This document shows positions 1 through 11,083 of a stretch of DNA of 64,000 nucleotides, in pieces. This DNA is from Mobula hypostoma (taxonomy: Eukaryota), in NCBI RefSeq assembly GCF_963921235.1, contig NC_086109.1:35280001-35344000 (forward strand), given 5' to 3'. The notes under the pieces were generated by a model. It saw only the letters and a list, made by a program, of their open reading frames with translations, made no database searches and was not told the origin of the DNA. Position 1 is the first letter of the stretch. Every line of letters begins with the position of its first letter. The position numbers were made by a program, and so were the translations under genes.

Positions 1-11
1 GGGGTTATTTT

Positions 12-709
12 TTACCAGAAGGAAAAATTGATGTTTATGCCATCAGGTTGGAGGCTACCCAGATGGAATACAAGGTATCGCTCCTTCACCCTGAGGGGGG
101 AGAGGAGGCCATGGACTGGCATACGAGAATTGGAATGGGAATCTGAACTAAAATCTATGGCCACTGGGAAGTTCCGCTGTTGACAGATCGAGTGGAGGTG
201 CTCAACAAAGCAGTGCCCCAATTTATGGCAGGTCTCACCAATGCAGAGGAAGCTGCATCGAGAACACTGGACACAACAGACAAACCCAACAGATTCCCAG
301 GTGAAGTATTGGCTCACCTGGAAGGACTGTTTGGGGCCCTGAATGGAGGTGAGGGCGGAGTTGTATGGGTCCTGTAGCACATCGGTCACTGGCAGGAATA
401 AGTGCCTGGAAAGAGAGTATTTGGAGCGGGGAGGATTAAATGGATAAAAATATGTGAAGGGGCATACTCTGCAGATATCTGAGAGAGGAAGGGAAAGTAA
501 AAATATGTTTGGTGTTAAAATCCTTTTGGAGATGGTGGAAGTTGGGGAGGATGATGTGTTGGATGTGGAGGCATCTGTGGTAGTGGAAGAAAAACTCCGT
601 TCTTTGAGGTGAGAGGACATCTCTAATGTCCTGGAAAGGAAAGCCACATCCTGGGAGTAAATGCAGCTGAGACGAAGGAACTGAGAAAAGGGAGTAGCAC
701 TTTTACAGG
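12..709 (-). mobile_element. Degenerate Penelope-like element, GIY-YIG endonuclease end; interrupted by the Gypsy element and resuming briefly at about 11256-11295
   Basis: ORF 12..647 contains CCVQCSRCSFLCIGET...FHLGSLQPDGININFS, homologous to the GIY-YIG ORF at 10426..10752. Sequence after 11255 (caggagatggtatagtcacaataactgtgggaatcag) resembles the PLE at 8299-8340. Confidence 0.85.
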
Positions 710-1465
710 TGTTACCTGTCTCGTGAGTATCTTGTGAGCATGATGTAATGGTCTTATGCTATTGGAATGATGTAGTGGTCTTGTGATAATGGGGTGATGC
801 GATGTCACGTGATGGCATGTTCCAATTAGTATAAAAAGGGAAACCGTAGTTGTTGCATAGTTCGTTTTGTTGGGAGCTCGTTTTGTTGTTATGTCACAGT
901 CGGTGGTTACATAATCGTGGAAGAAAAGCCAGTGGGAGTGAAGATTCGCTGGCTTCGATGAGCCCAAGGAATTGGGTAAAATTCAACGGCGTTCCGTGAT
1001 TGACATTTGGTACAGCCCATACGGGTATGGTGGTATACACTGTTGGTTAACCCCTGCATGGTCTCAGGGAATTGTGTACTGACCACTTCTGATGAAAGGT
1101 CAGTTACTTTGAGAAATCTTATTCTGCGTCATATCTTCGGACAAAGCAGTTCTCAGCTGTGAGCTGCGTCAGCAGTTTCGTCTATGCTTTCAGAAGTGTT
1201 TCAATGCTGGTTCGGGAAGTCTCTCCTCTCGATTGTCTTAGGAATCATATGGACTTATTAAACTACCACCTTAAGGCTGTGCTTAAATAAGAACTGTTCA
1301 ATAACTATAGACTGTTTGATAACTATAGATGAAAAACACTGTTAACTTCCATTTAAGATAGTCGTTCGTTTACTTTTCTATGTTTTGAGTAGAGGTTAAT
1401 AAAGTTTATTGCTTATTTATAAAAACCCGACTCCGTTTCATATCCATTGCTGCTGGTGCATAACA
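710..1465 (+). repeat. 5' LTR (756 bp)
   Basis: Direct repeat of 6017-6666 + 7027-7066 + 11200-11255; TG...CA termini; TATAAAA near 830 and AATAAA near 1398. Confidence 0.95.
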
Positions 1466-1469
1466 TATG

Positions 1470-1493
1470 TGGGGACTCATCCGGGATTTGAAC
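1470..1493 (+). promoter_or_regulatory. Primer-binding site complementary to the tRNA-Pro 3' end
   Basis: TGGGGACTCATCCGGGATTTGAAC, 4 nt after the LTR, versus canonical TGGGGGCTCGTCCGGGATTTGAAC (two G>A changes). Confidence 0.9.
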
Positions 1494-1624
1494 AAATTTG
1501 GAGCTTAATTGATTGTTTAATTATCGACCTGATTGGAAAAGGGGAGATTCTTTTTGTTTGATTGGTTTGTGTGTAGTAATCAGCAGCAATGGATGTTGGG
1601 GCCTTTTAGGATTCACCTACCCCT

Positions 1625-2700
1625 GTGGCATTAGTGAATGCGAAAAAGGGTGAGGTGTGGGAAATTGCTGAAAAACTGAAGCTTACAGGGATAACGACGG
1701 TTATGACAAAGTCAGAGATTCAGAGAAAAATAGCTGAATATTATTTAGCTATGAAAGTGTTTGCTGAAGAGGTGTTGGAGAAGTTTCCTATAAGTAAAGA
1801 TATGATCTGGTTACAGCTAGAACAAATAGCGTTAGATAAACTTAAAATAGAAGCTGAGTTGGTACGAAATCGATTAGAAGCTGCCGAAAAACAGAGGCAG
1901 TATGATGCTAGAGAAGCAGAAAAACAGAGGGTGTTTGAGCTAGAAAAGATAGAGAAATTGAAGCAAGCTGGTTCGAGAAAACCAGTTATACCATTTATTG
2001 CTAGTCAGGAAGTTAAATTGGTTCCTCCATTTAATGAGGCAGATGTTGATAGATATTTCCAGCATTTTGAGAAGGTTGCTCAGAGTTCAGATTGGCTGAA
2101 GAAGGGCTGGCTTGTTCTTTTACAAAGTTTCTTTAGAGGTAAAGCACAACAGGTTTATATGGCCTTAACCAATGAACAGTTAGCTGATTATGATTCTGTG
2201 AAGCAGGCTATACTTAAAGCTTATGAATTGGTTCCAGAAGCTTATAGACAGAGATTTAGGAGTCTGAAGAAACATGTGAAACAGACTTCTGTGGAATTTG
2301 CCTATGACAAATTGGTGTGTTTTGAGAGATGGTGCACATCTAAAAATGTGAATGAGGATTATGACACCTTAAAGGAGCTGGTTTTGATTGAGGAATTTAA
2401 AAGGTGCGTCCCTGATGGCAAAAATGAATATTTGAAAGAAAAGGACCCTGCCACGTTGCCAGAGTCTGCTAATTTAGCAGATGAGTATGCTCTAACCCAC
2501 AAGAGTAAGTTTACTCCGAGTAAAACTTTCCAAAAGAGTAGCCTGGATTGCCGGGGAAACCAGAAATTAAAGAGGAAGGTAGTAAAAACGGTAAGAATGA
2601 AGGGAAGCAAGTGAAGGAAAAACATTTTGGTCCTATTTGTCATTATTGTAGGAAAGCTGGTCAAGTTATGGCTAACTGTTTCCATTTGAAGAAGAAGGAA
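1625..2700 (+). pseudogene. gag: Gag (capsid/SCAN-like region plus zinc knuckle), frameshifted near 2550
   Basis: ORF 1625..2614 (VPPFNEADVDRYFQHFEKVA...YELVPEAYRQRFR...LIEEFK); knuckle CHYCRKAGQVMANC in the next frame. Confidence 0.88.
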
Positions 2701-2799
2701 AAGGAGGCTGTTCCAGTTGCCTGTGTCCAACACTTTGAAATGCCCATAAACCTGCAGGGTTCGGGGCATTCAAAAGAGGCTCTGTCAAGGTCTGACCGA

Positions 2800-3140
2800 T
2801 TTAGGAAGGGATTCAATCCTTTTATGTCAGAGGGATATATTTCAGTGAATGAAGGGTCCTCTCAAGTACCAATAAAAATTCTTCAGGATACTGAGGCTTC
2901 TCAGTCACTTATGTTAGACAGTGTTCTAGAGTTTAGTGATGAGACAGATGCTAGTAAAGTGAATCTTATACAAGGTATTGAGGGCAACCTTACATCTGTA
3001 CCTCTGCACAAAGTGGTTTTAAAGTCAGGGATAGTTTCAGGATCTGTTAAAATCGGACTATGACCCAGTTTACCGGTGCCGGGTGTTTCTTTATTGTTAG
3101 GGAATGACCTAGCAGATGGAAAAGTTGTTCCTGCAATGCA
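2800..3140 (+). pseudogene. Aspartic protease remnant
   Basis: IKILQDTEASQSL (degenerate DTGA motif) and LLLGNDL; in-frame stop at 3061-3063. Confidence 0.85.
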
Positions 3141-3559
3141 GATGACAACTAAGCCAATCACTGATGATCCAAAGATGGATTCTAACTTGTATCCCTCTTG
3201 TGCAGTAACCCAAGCTATGGAAAAAAGATCTGCCAAGGCAGATGGTTCGGTACAGCATGGGTCTATTACCCTTGACAGCTCAAATCGGGATTCAGATTTT
3301 GATGATTTGTCAGGAACTTTCCTACCTTCCTTGTTTCATCAAGATCCTTGTAGTGAGTCTGACCATAAAGACTTGTCTTTGTCTAGGAAGGAGGAGGAGA
3401 GCAGAGATCCTGAGATTGCCACCTTGAGAGAGAACACTCTCCCAGATAATGAGATTGAGAAGGTGCCAGTAGGGAATTATTTTAAGAGTGGAGTGTTAAT
3501 GAGGAAGTGGAGACTACCTGAGATTCCTGCAAATGAGGATTGGGAAGTTATTCACCAAG

Positions 3560-4860
3560 TAGTCATTCCTAAGGTCTATAGAAATGAAATTTTAACTTTG
3601 GCTCCGTAGTATGCCCTTAGGTGGCCATCTAGGTGTGAAGAAAATTATGAACAAGATTATGAAACACTTTTTCTGGCCTGGGTTGAGAAAAGATGTGGCA
3701 ACATTTTGCTGAACTTGTCACACTTGTCAGGTTGTGGGTAAACCTAATCAAGTCAATCCAGTGGCCCCATTACAACCTATTCCTGCATTTGGTGAACCAT
3801 TTTCTAAAGTTATTGGAGATTGTGTTGGCCCATTGCCAAAAACTAAAACTAGACATCAATATTTGCTGACCATCATGTGCGTAGCATCTAGGTTTCCAGA
3901 AGCAATACCTCTCAGGAATATACAAGCTAAAACTGTGACGAAGGCTCTCATAAAGTTCTTTACTTTATTTGGGTTGGCTACAGAAATACAGTCTGATCAA
4001 GAAAGTAACTTTATGTCTGGATTATTTCAGCATGTAGTTTATAAACGGGGAGCTAAACAGATTACATCGTCTGCATACCATCGAGAATCACCGGGGGGGC
4101 TTAGAAAGGTTCCATTCTACCGTCAAAACCATGATTAGGATGTTTTGTGTTGAAAACGCGAAGGACTGGGATGAGGGAGTTCATTTGCTTTTGTTTGCAG
4201 TAAGGGAGTCAGTGCAGGAGTCCCTAGGCTTTAGCCCCTTTGAACTTGTGTTTGGGCACAGAATCAGAGGACCTTTCACATTGTTAAAAGACCAGTGGGT
4301 TAACAAAGAACTACATACTAGTTTGTTGGATTATATCTTAAAATTTAAGGAGAGATTGCAAAAAACTTGCAGCTTAGCAAGGGAAAATTTAAAATCTGCT
4401 CAGAAAAGAATGGAAACTTGGTATGACAAAGAAGCTAAAACGAGGTTACTTAAGCCATGAGATAAGGTGTTGGTTCTTTTCCCTGTGCAAATGAACCCTT
4501 TGCAAGCTAAATTTCATGGTCCCTATGAGATTATATCTAAAGTTGATAATGTGGACTATGTGGTAAAAACACCAGATCGAAGAAAGCCAACGCAAATTTG
4601 TCACATAATTTACTGTGCCTATGGACTGTCCTTCATCAAGTTATGGTATTGCTTTGCACTGCTGTAACTATATGGTATAATTATGTGGTTTTGTCAGTGT
4701 TAGTCTTTGGTCTGTCTTGTTTTCTGTGATATCACGCCAGAGAAACATTGTATCATTTCTTAATGCATGTATGCATTTCTAAATGACAATAGAAGAGGAC
4801 TGAGTGTTCTCATAATCAAAAAAATGATAAAACCATATTATGAAAAACAGTCTGCCACTA
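3560..4860 (+). pseudogene. Integrase remnant (HHCC, DDE core, GPY/F module) upstream of RT
   Basis: GHLGVKK...C..C, DCVGPLP, SRFPEAIPL, IQSDQESNFMS, GFSPFELVFG and FHGPYEI across the fragmented ORFs 3734..4138, 4131..4460 and 4467..4667. Confidence 0.9.
4608..4824 (+). mobile_element. About 0.2-kb 3' end of a LINE-tailed retroposon inserted in the integrase C-terminus
   Basis: Splits the CHI|NMIKPY motif; closely matches the reverse complement of 28741-28940; ends in cataatc plus an A run. Confidence 0.75.
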
Positions 4861-5029
4861 TGACTGTTGTTGATAATAATTAGTCTGATCTCCCTGGAAA
4901 CTTGGTAGCTGATCCATCTGAAGCTTATTTTAAACCAAACATTATTTCTGCCAGACTAACAAATTCGACAATTTTAGAAAATATTGATGAGAAATTGGTT
5001 CATCTACAGCCACAGCAGTGGCAGCAAAT

Positions 5030-5834
5030 GAAGCAGTTAATTATGACATTTAAAGATTTATTTCCAGACATTCCAAAAAGAACCACGGTAGCCTCACATT
5101 ATGCCAAACCCATAAGGCAACATCCATATCGAATGAATGTGGAAAAATTTACACTGGCCGAACAAGAAATTACATTCTACTTCGGATTGGAGTTCAGCTT
5201 GTGTCATGGTACTTTAACCAGATTGTAGTATTCGGTTTTGTATTAGTTACAGAAAGGAAAATGCTGTAATAAAAACAGATGCGTATCCAATCTCTAGGGT
5301 AGATGATTGTACGGACAAGTTTGGAAAAGCTAAGTTTCTTACAAAGATTGATCTCTTAAAAAGGATATTGGTGTGTTCTACTGATGGATAAAGGTAGAGA
5401 AATTTCTGCATTTGTAACACCATCTGGGCTATATGAATACAATGTTCTGCCATTTGGAATGAAGAATGCTCCAGGAACCTTCCAGAGGATGATTAATTCT
5501 GTTATTTGAGGATAAAAACATACAAATACCTATATTGATGATTTAGTCACAGGGAATGACACTTGGGAAGCACATATATCTGCAGCGGAGAAGTTGTTTG
5601 AAAGGCTTTCACAAGCCAACCTAACTGTTAACTTAGCTAAAAGTGAACTTGGCCATGATACTGTGACCTATCTTGGTCATGTTGTAGGTCTGGGCTTGCA
5701 TAAGGAAAATGGTTAAAAAGACAAATCAAACTCCAATTCAACAACAAAGTTTAATTTTACAAGAATATGGTCTCTTAATAACTCACATTAAAGGCAAAGA
5801 TAATGTAATTGCCGACTGTCTGTCCAGATGTTGA
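5030..5834 (+). pseudogene. Reverse transcriptase remnant, RNase H largely deleted
   Basis: PIRQHPYR, DAYPISRVDDC, LPFGMKNAP, YIDD (tatattgatgat, 5531), VTYLGHVV; jumps at about 5700 to the terminal HIKGKDNVIADCLSRC*. Confidence 0.88.
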
Positions 5835-6007
5835 ACTTGCAATGTAATCCTGATATTAGTATACACTCCTGCCATATGTTATATTTGCTATATTAGTACT
5901 GTATGATAACTGTATGTGTATGGTGCATTTTGTAAACTTTACACATTTGTATATTTTGTAAATTATAGTTAAAAATTTGATCTTGTAGATCAAAATTTTC
6001 TTTTCTT

Positions 6008-6016
6008 GGGGGGAGG
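6008..6016 (+). promoter_or_regulatory. Polypurine tract
   Basis: GGGGGGAGG immediately before the 3' LTR TGTTACC. Confidence 0.85.
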
Positions 6017-6666
6017 TGTTACCTGTCTCGAGAGTATCTTGTGAGCATGATGTAATGGTCTTATGCTATTGGAATGATGTAGTGGTCTTGTGATAATGGG
6101 GTGATGTGATGTCACGTGATGGTATGCTCCAACTAGTATAAAAAGGAAACCGTAGTTGTTGTGTAGTTCATTTAGTTAGGAGCTCGTTTTGTCATTATGT
6201 CACAGTCGGTGGTTACGTAATCCTGGAAGAAGAGAGAGTGAGTGTGAAGATTCACCAGCTTTGACGAACCCAAGGAATTAGGTAGAATTCAATGGCGTTC
6301 CATGATTGACATTTGGTATAGCACATTAGGGTATTGTGGCACACACTGTTGGTTAACCCCTGCATGGTCTCGGGGAGTTGTGTAGGGACCAGTTCCAACG
6401 AAAGGTCAGTTACTTTGAGAAATCTTATTCTGCGTCATATCTTTGGACAAAGCATTTCTCAGCTGTGAGCTGAATCAGCAGTCTTGCCTATGCTCTGGGA
6501 AGTGTTTCAATGCTGGTTCGGGAAGTCTCTCCTCTCAATTGTTTCAGGAAACATATGGACTTATTAAACTACCACCTTAAGACTGTGCTTAAGTAAGATC
6601 TGTTAAGAATTGTTTGATAACTATAGACGCAAAACACTGTTAACTTCCATTTAAGATGTCGTTCGT

Positions 6667-7012
6667 GTTTTTTTTTCACTGTTGTTAATGGAGGTCGGGA
6701 TTGAGGACGTGATTTTAAGTTTAACTCTGTTTGGTTTCAAGTTAGCCCATTGCTTTGCCTTGCTTTTAGTTAGCTGCACGGTGGGTTTTTTTTGGGGTTT
6801 TTTTTTTCTTTTTTTTCCATTGATATATATAAAATTTAGTATACTATTATGTTATCTTGGTTTCTTATGCTTAAATTACATTGTTTGTAGTATTTTCTTT
6901 TTGGTATTGTTATCTTTTGGAATTTTATTATACTTTAACATTGTATTAATGTTTATATGGCTTACTTTTTTTGTATACTTACTCAATAAAAAGATTTAAA
7001 AAGAAAGAAAGA
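6667..7012 (+). mobile_element. 5'-truncated L1/Tx1-type 3' UTR insertion (346 bp)
   Basis: 14-bp TSD AAGATGTCGTTCGT (6653-6666 and 7013-7026), TT|AAGA target site, AATAAA at 6985 and an A/GAAA-rich tail. Confidence 0.8.
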
Positions 7013-7132
7013 AAGATGTCGTTCGTTTACTTTTCTAAGTTTTGAGTAGAGGTTAATAAATTTTGTCAACCAAGACACATCAAAGTTGCTGGTGAACGCA
7101 GCAGGCCAGGCAGCATCTGTAGGAAGAGGTGC

Positions 7133-7168
7133 AGTCGACGTTTCAGGCCGAGACCCTTCATCAGGACT
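7133..7168 (-). ncRNA. Minimal type I hammerhead ribozyme motif (PLE terminal repeat)
   Basis: Minus strand reads agtc-CTGATGA-agggtctcggcct-GAAAC-GTC-gact: catalytic core, stem I agtc/gact, stem II agg/cct. Confidence 0.78.
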
Positions 7169-7463
7169 AACTGAAGGAAGAGTGAGTAAGGGATTTGAAA
7201 GTTGGAGGGGGAGGGGGAGATCCAAAATGATAGGAGAAGACAGGAGGGGGAGGGATAGAGCCGAGAGCTGGACAGGTGATGGGCAAAAGGGGATACGAGA
7301 GGATCATGGGACAGGAGGTCCGGGAAGAAAGACAAGTGGGGGGGGGACCCAGAGGATGGGCAAGAGGTATATTCAGAGGGACAGAGGGAGAAAAAGGAGA
7401 GTGAGAGAAAGAATGTGTGCATAAAAATAAGTAACAGATGGGGTACGAGGGGGATGTGGGGCT

Positions 7464-9290
7464 TTAGCGGAAGTTAGAGAAGTCGATGTTCATGCTATCA
7501 GGTTGGAGGCTACCTAGACGGAATATAAGCTGTTGTTCTTCCAACCTGAGTGTGGCTTCATCTTTACAGTAGAGGAGGCCGTGGATAGACATGTCAGAAT
7601 GGGAATGTGATGTGGAATTAAAATGTGTGGCCACTGGGAGATCCTGCTTTCTCTGGTGGACAGAGCGTAGATATTCAGCAAAGCGGTCTCCCAGTCTGCG
7701 TCGGGTTTCGCCAATATATAGAAGGCCACATCGGGAGCACCGGACACAGTATATCACCCCAGTCGACTCACAGGTGAAGTGTTGCCTCACCTGGAAGGAC
7801 TGTTTGGGGCCCTGAATGGTGGTAAGGGAGGAAGTGTAAGGGCATGTGTAGCACTTGTTCCACTTACACGGATAAGTGCCAGGAGGGAGATCAGTGGGGA
7901 GGGATGGGGTGGACGAATGGACAAGGGAGTTGCGTAGGGGGCGATCCCTGCGGAATGCAGAGAGAGGGGGGGAGGGAAAGATGTGCTTACTGGTGGGATC
8001 CCGTTGGAGGTGGCAGAAGTTACGGAGAATAATATGTTGGACCCGGAGGCTGGTGGGGTGGTAGGTGTGGACCAGGGGAACCCTATTCCTAGTGGGGTGG
8101 CGGGAGGATGGAGTGAGAGCAGATGTACGTGAAATGGGGGAGATGCGTTTAAGAGCAGAGCTGATAGTGAGGGAGGGAAGCCCCTTTTTATAAAAAAGGA
8201 AGACATCTCCCTCGTCCTAGAATGAAAAGCCTCATCCTGAGAGCAGATGCGGCGGAGATGGAGGAATTGTGAGAAGGGGATGGCGTTTTTGCAAGAGACA
8301 GGGTGAGAAGAGGAATAGTCCAGATAGCTGTGAGAGTCAGTAGGCTTATTGTAGACATCAGTGGATAAGCTGTCTCCAGAGACAGAGACAGAAAGATCTA
8401 GAAAGGGGAGGGAGGTGTCAGAAATGGACCAGGTAAACTTGAGGGCAGGGTGAAAGTTGGAGGCAAAATTAATAAAGTGAACGAGTTCTGCATGCGTGCA
8501 GGAAGCAGCGCCAATGCAGTTGTCGATGTAGCGAAGGAAAAGTGGGGGACAGATACCAGAATAGGCACGGAACATAGATTGTTCCACAAAGCCAACAAAA
8601 AGGACCCATACGGGTGCCCATAGCTACACCTTTAGTTTGGAGGAAGTCGGAGGAGCCAAAGGAGAAATTATTAAGAGTAAGGACTAATTCTGCTAGACGG
8701 AGCAGAGTGGTGGTAGAGGGGAACTGATTAGGTCTGGAATCCAAAAAGAAGCGTAGAGCTTTGAGATCTTCCTGTTGGGGGATGGAAGTATAAAGGGACT
8801 GGGCATCCATGGTGAAAATAAAGCGGTGGGAGCCAGGGAACTTAAAATCATCGAAAAGTTTAAGAGCGTGAGAAGTGTCACGAACATAGGTCGGAAGGGA
8901 TTGAACAAGGGGTGATAAAACCGTGTCGAGGTACGCAGAAATGAGTTCGGTGGGGCAGGAGCAAGCTGAGAAAATAGGTCGGCCAGGACAGGCAGGTTTG
9001 TGGATCTTGGGTAGGAGGTAGAAGCGGGAAGTGCCGGGTGTGGGAACTATAAGGTTGGTAGCAGTGGATGGGAGATCCCCTGAGCGGATAAAGTCAGTGA
9101 TGGTGTGGGAGACAATGGCCTGGTGCTCCTTAGTGGGGTCACGATCGAGTGGTAAATAAGAGGAGGTATCCGCGAGTTGTCGCTGTGCCTCGGCAAGGTA
9201 GAGGTCAGTACACCAGACTACAACAGCATCCCACTTATCGGCGGGTTTAATAATAAGGTTAGGATTAGTGCAGAGGGAGTGGAGAGCAGA
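7464..9290 (-). pseudogene. PLE RT + GIY-YIG ORF, left arm, 5'-truncated and frameshifted
   Basis: IIKPADK, FYLLPKIHK, GVAMGTRMGP, LRYIDN, VIYCVRCSRCGLLYIGET. Confidence 0.92.
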
Positions 9291-9299
9291 GCACCAGGC

Positions 9300-10752
9300 C
9301 AATCCCTTCCGACCTATGTTCGTGATGCTTCTCACGCTCTTAAACTTTTCGATAATTTTAAGTTCCCTGGCCCCCACCGCTTTATTTTCACCATGGATGT
9401 CCAGTTCTTATATACTTCCATCCCCCATCAGGAAGGTCTCAAAGCTCTGCGCTTCTTTTTGGATTCCAGACCCAATCAGTTCCCCTCTACCACTACTCTG
9501 CTCCGTCTAGCGGAATTAGTCCTTACTCTTAATAATTTCTCCTTTGGCTCCTCCCACTTCCTCCAAACTAAAGGCGTAGCTATGGGCACCCATATGGGTC
9601 CTAGCTATGCCTGCCTTTTTGTTGGGTTTGTGGAACAATCTATGTTCCGTGCCTATTCTGGTATCTGTCCCCCACTTTTCCTTCGCTACATCGACGACTG
9701 CATTGGCGCTGCTTCCTGCACGCATGCAGAACTCGTTGACTTTATTAACTTTGCCTCCAACTTTCACCCTGCCCTCAAGTTTACCTGGTCCATTTCTGAC
9801 ACCTCCCGCCCCTTTCTAGATCTTTCTGTCTCTGTTTCTGGAGACAGCTTATCCACTGATGTCTACTATAAGCCTACTGACTCTCACAACTATCTGGACT
9901 ATTCCTCTTCTCACCCTGTCTCTTGCAAAAACGCCACCCCTTCTCGCAATTCCTCCGTCTCCGACACATCTGCTCTCAGGATGAGGCTTTTCATTCTAGG
10001 ACGAGGGAGATGTCCTCCTTTTTTAAAGAAAGAGGCTTCCCTTCCTCCACTATCAACTCTGCTCTTAAACACATCTCCCCCATTTCACGTACATCTGCTC
10101 TCACTCCATCCTCCCGCCACCCCACTAGGAATAGGGTTCCCATGGTCCTCATCTACCACCCCACCAGCCTCCGGGTCCAACATATATTCTCCGTAACTTC
10201 CACCACCTCCAACGGGATCCCATCACTAAGCACATCTTTCCCTCCCCGCCTCTCTCTGCATTCCGCAGGGTTCGCTCCCTACGCAACTCCCTTGTCCATT
10301 CGTCCCCCCCATCCCTCCCCACTGATCTCCCTCCTGGCACTTATCCGTGTAAGCGGAACAAGTGCTACACATGCCCTTACACTTCCTCCCTTACCACCAT
10401 TCAGGGCCCCAAACAGTCCTTCCAGGTGAGGCAACACTTCACCTGTGAGTCGACTTGGGTGATATACTGCGTCTGGTGCTCCCGATGTGGCCTTTTATAT
10501 ATTGGCGAGACCCAACGCAGACTGGGAGACCGCTTTGCTGAACATCTACGCTCTGTCCACCAGAGAAAGCAGGATCTCCCAGTGGCCACACATTTTAATT
10601 CCACGTCCCATTCCCATTCTGACATGTCTATCCACGGCCTCCTCTACTGTAAAGAAGAAGCCACACTGAGGTTGGAGGAACAACAGCTTATATTCCGTCT
10701 AGGTAGCCTCCAACCTGATGGCATGAACATCGACTTCTCTAACTTCCGCTAA
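9300..10752 (+). pseudogene. PLE RT + GIY-YIG ORF, right arm, 5'-truncated and frameshifted
   Basis: FTMDVQFLYTSIP, GVAMGTHMGPSYA, LRYIDD, PFLDL, YYKPTD, VIYCVWCSRCGLLYIGET. Confidence 0.92.
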
Positions 10753-11047
10753 GGCCCCACCTCCCCCTCGTACCCCATCTGTTACTTATTTTTATGTACA
10801 CATTCTTTCTCTCACTCTCCTTTTTCTCCCTCTGTCCCTCTGAATATACCTCTTGCCCATCCTCTGGGTCCCCCCCCCACTTGTCTTTCTTGCCGGACCT
10901 CCTGTCCCATGATCCTCTCGTATCCCCTTTTGCCTATCACCTGTCGAGCTCTTGGCTCTATCCCTCCCCCTCTTGTCTTCTCCTATCATTTTGGATCTCC
11001 CCCTCCCCCTCCAGCTTTCAATTCCCTTACTCACTCTTCCTTCAGTT

Positions 11048-11083
11048 AGTCCTGACGAAGGGTCTCGGCCTGAAACGTCGACT
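11048..11083 (+). ncRNA. Minimal type I hammerhead ribozyme motif (PLE terminal repeat)
   Basis: agtc-CTGACGA-agggtctcggcct-GAAAC-GTC-gact. Confidence 0.78.

Noticed and set aside
6682..6999. 105-aa hydrophobic ORF resembling a membrane protein or env
   Set aside because: It is the translation of a T-rich UTR inside a TSD-flanked insert in the LTR; a compositional artefact.
7066..7424. Paired 112/118-aa ORFs repeated at 10792-11150
   Set aside because: Low-complexity purine/pyrimidine-rich PLE UTR; the duplication is explained by the inverted arms.
9177..10196. 339-aa and opposite 302-aa (8469..9377) ORFs as intact divergent genes
   Set aside because: Their N-termini are antisense read-through across the inversion junction; both arms are 5'-truncated and frameshifted.
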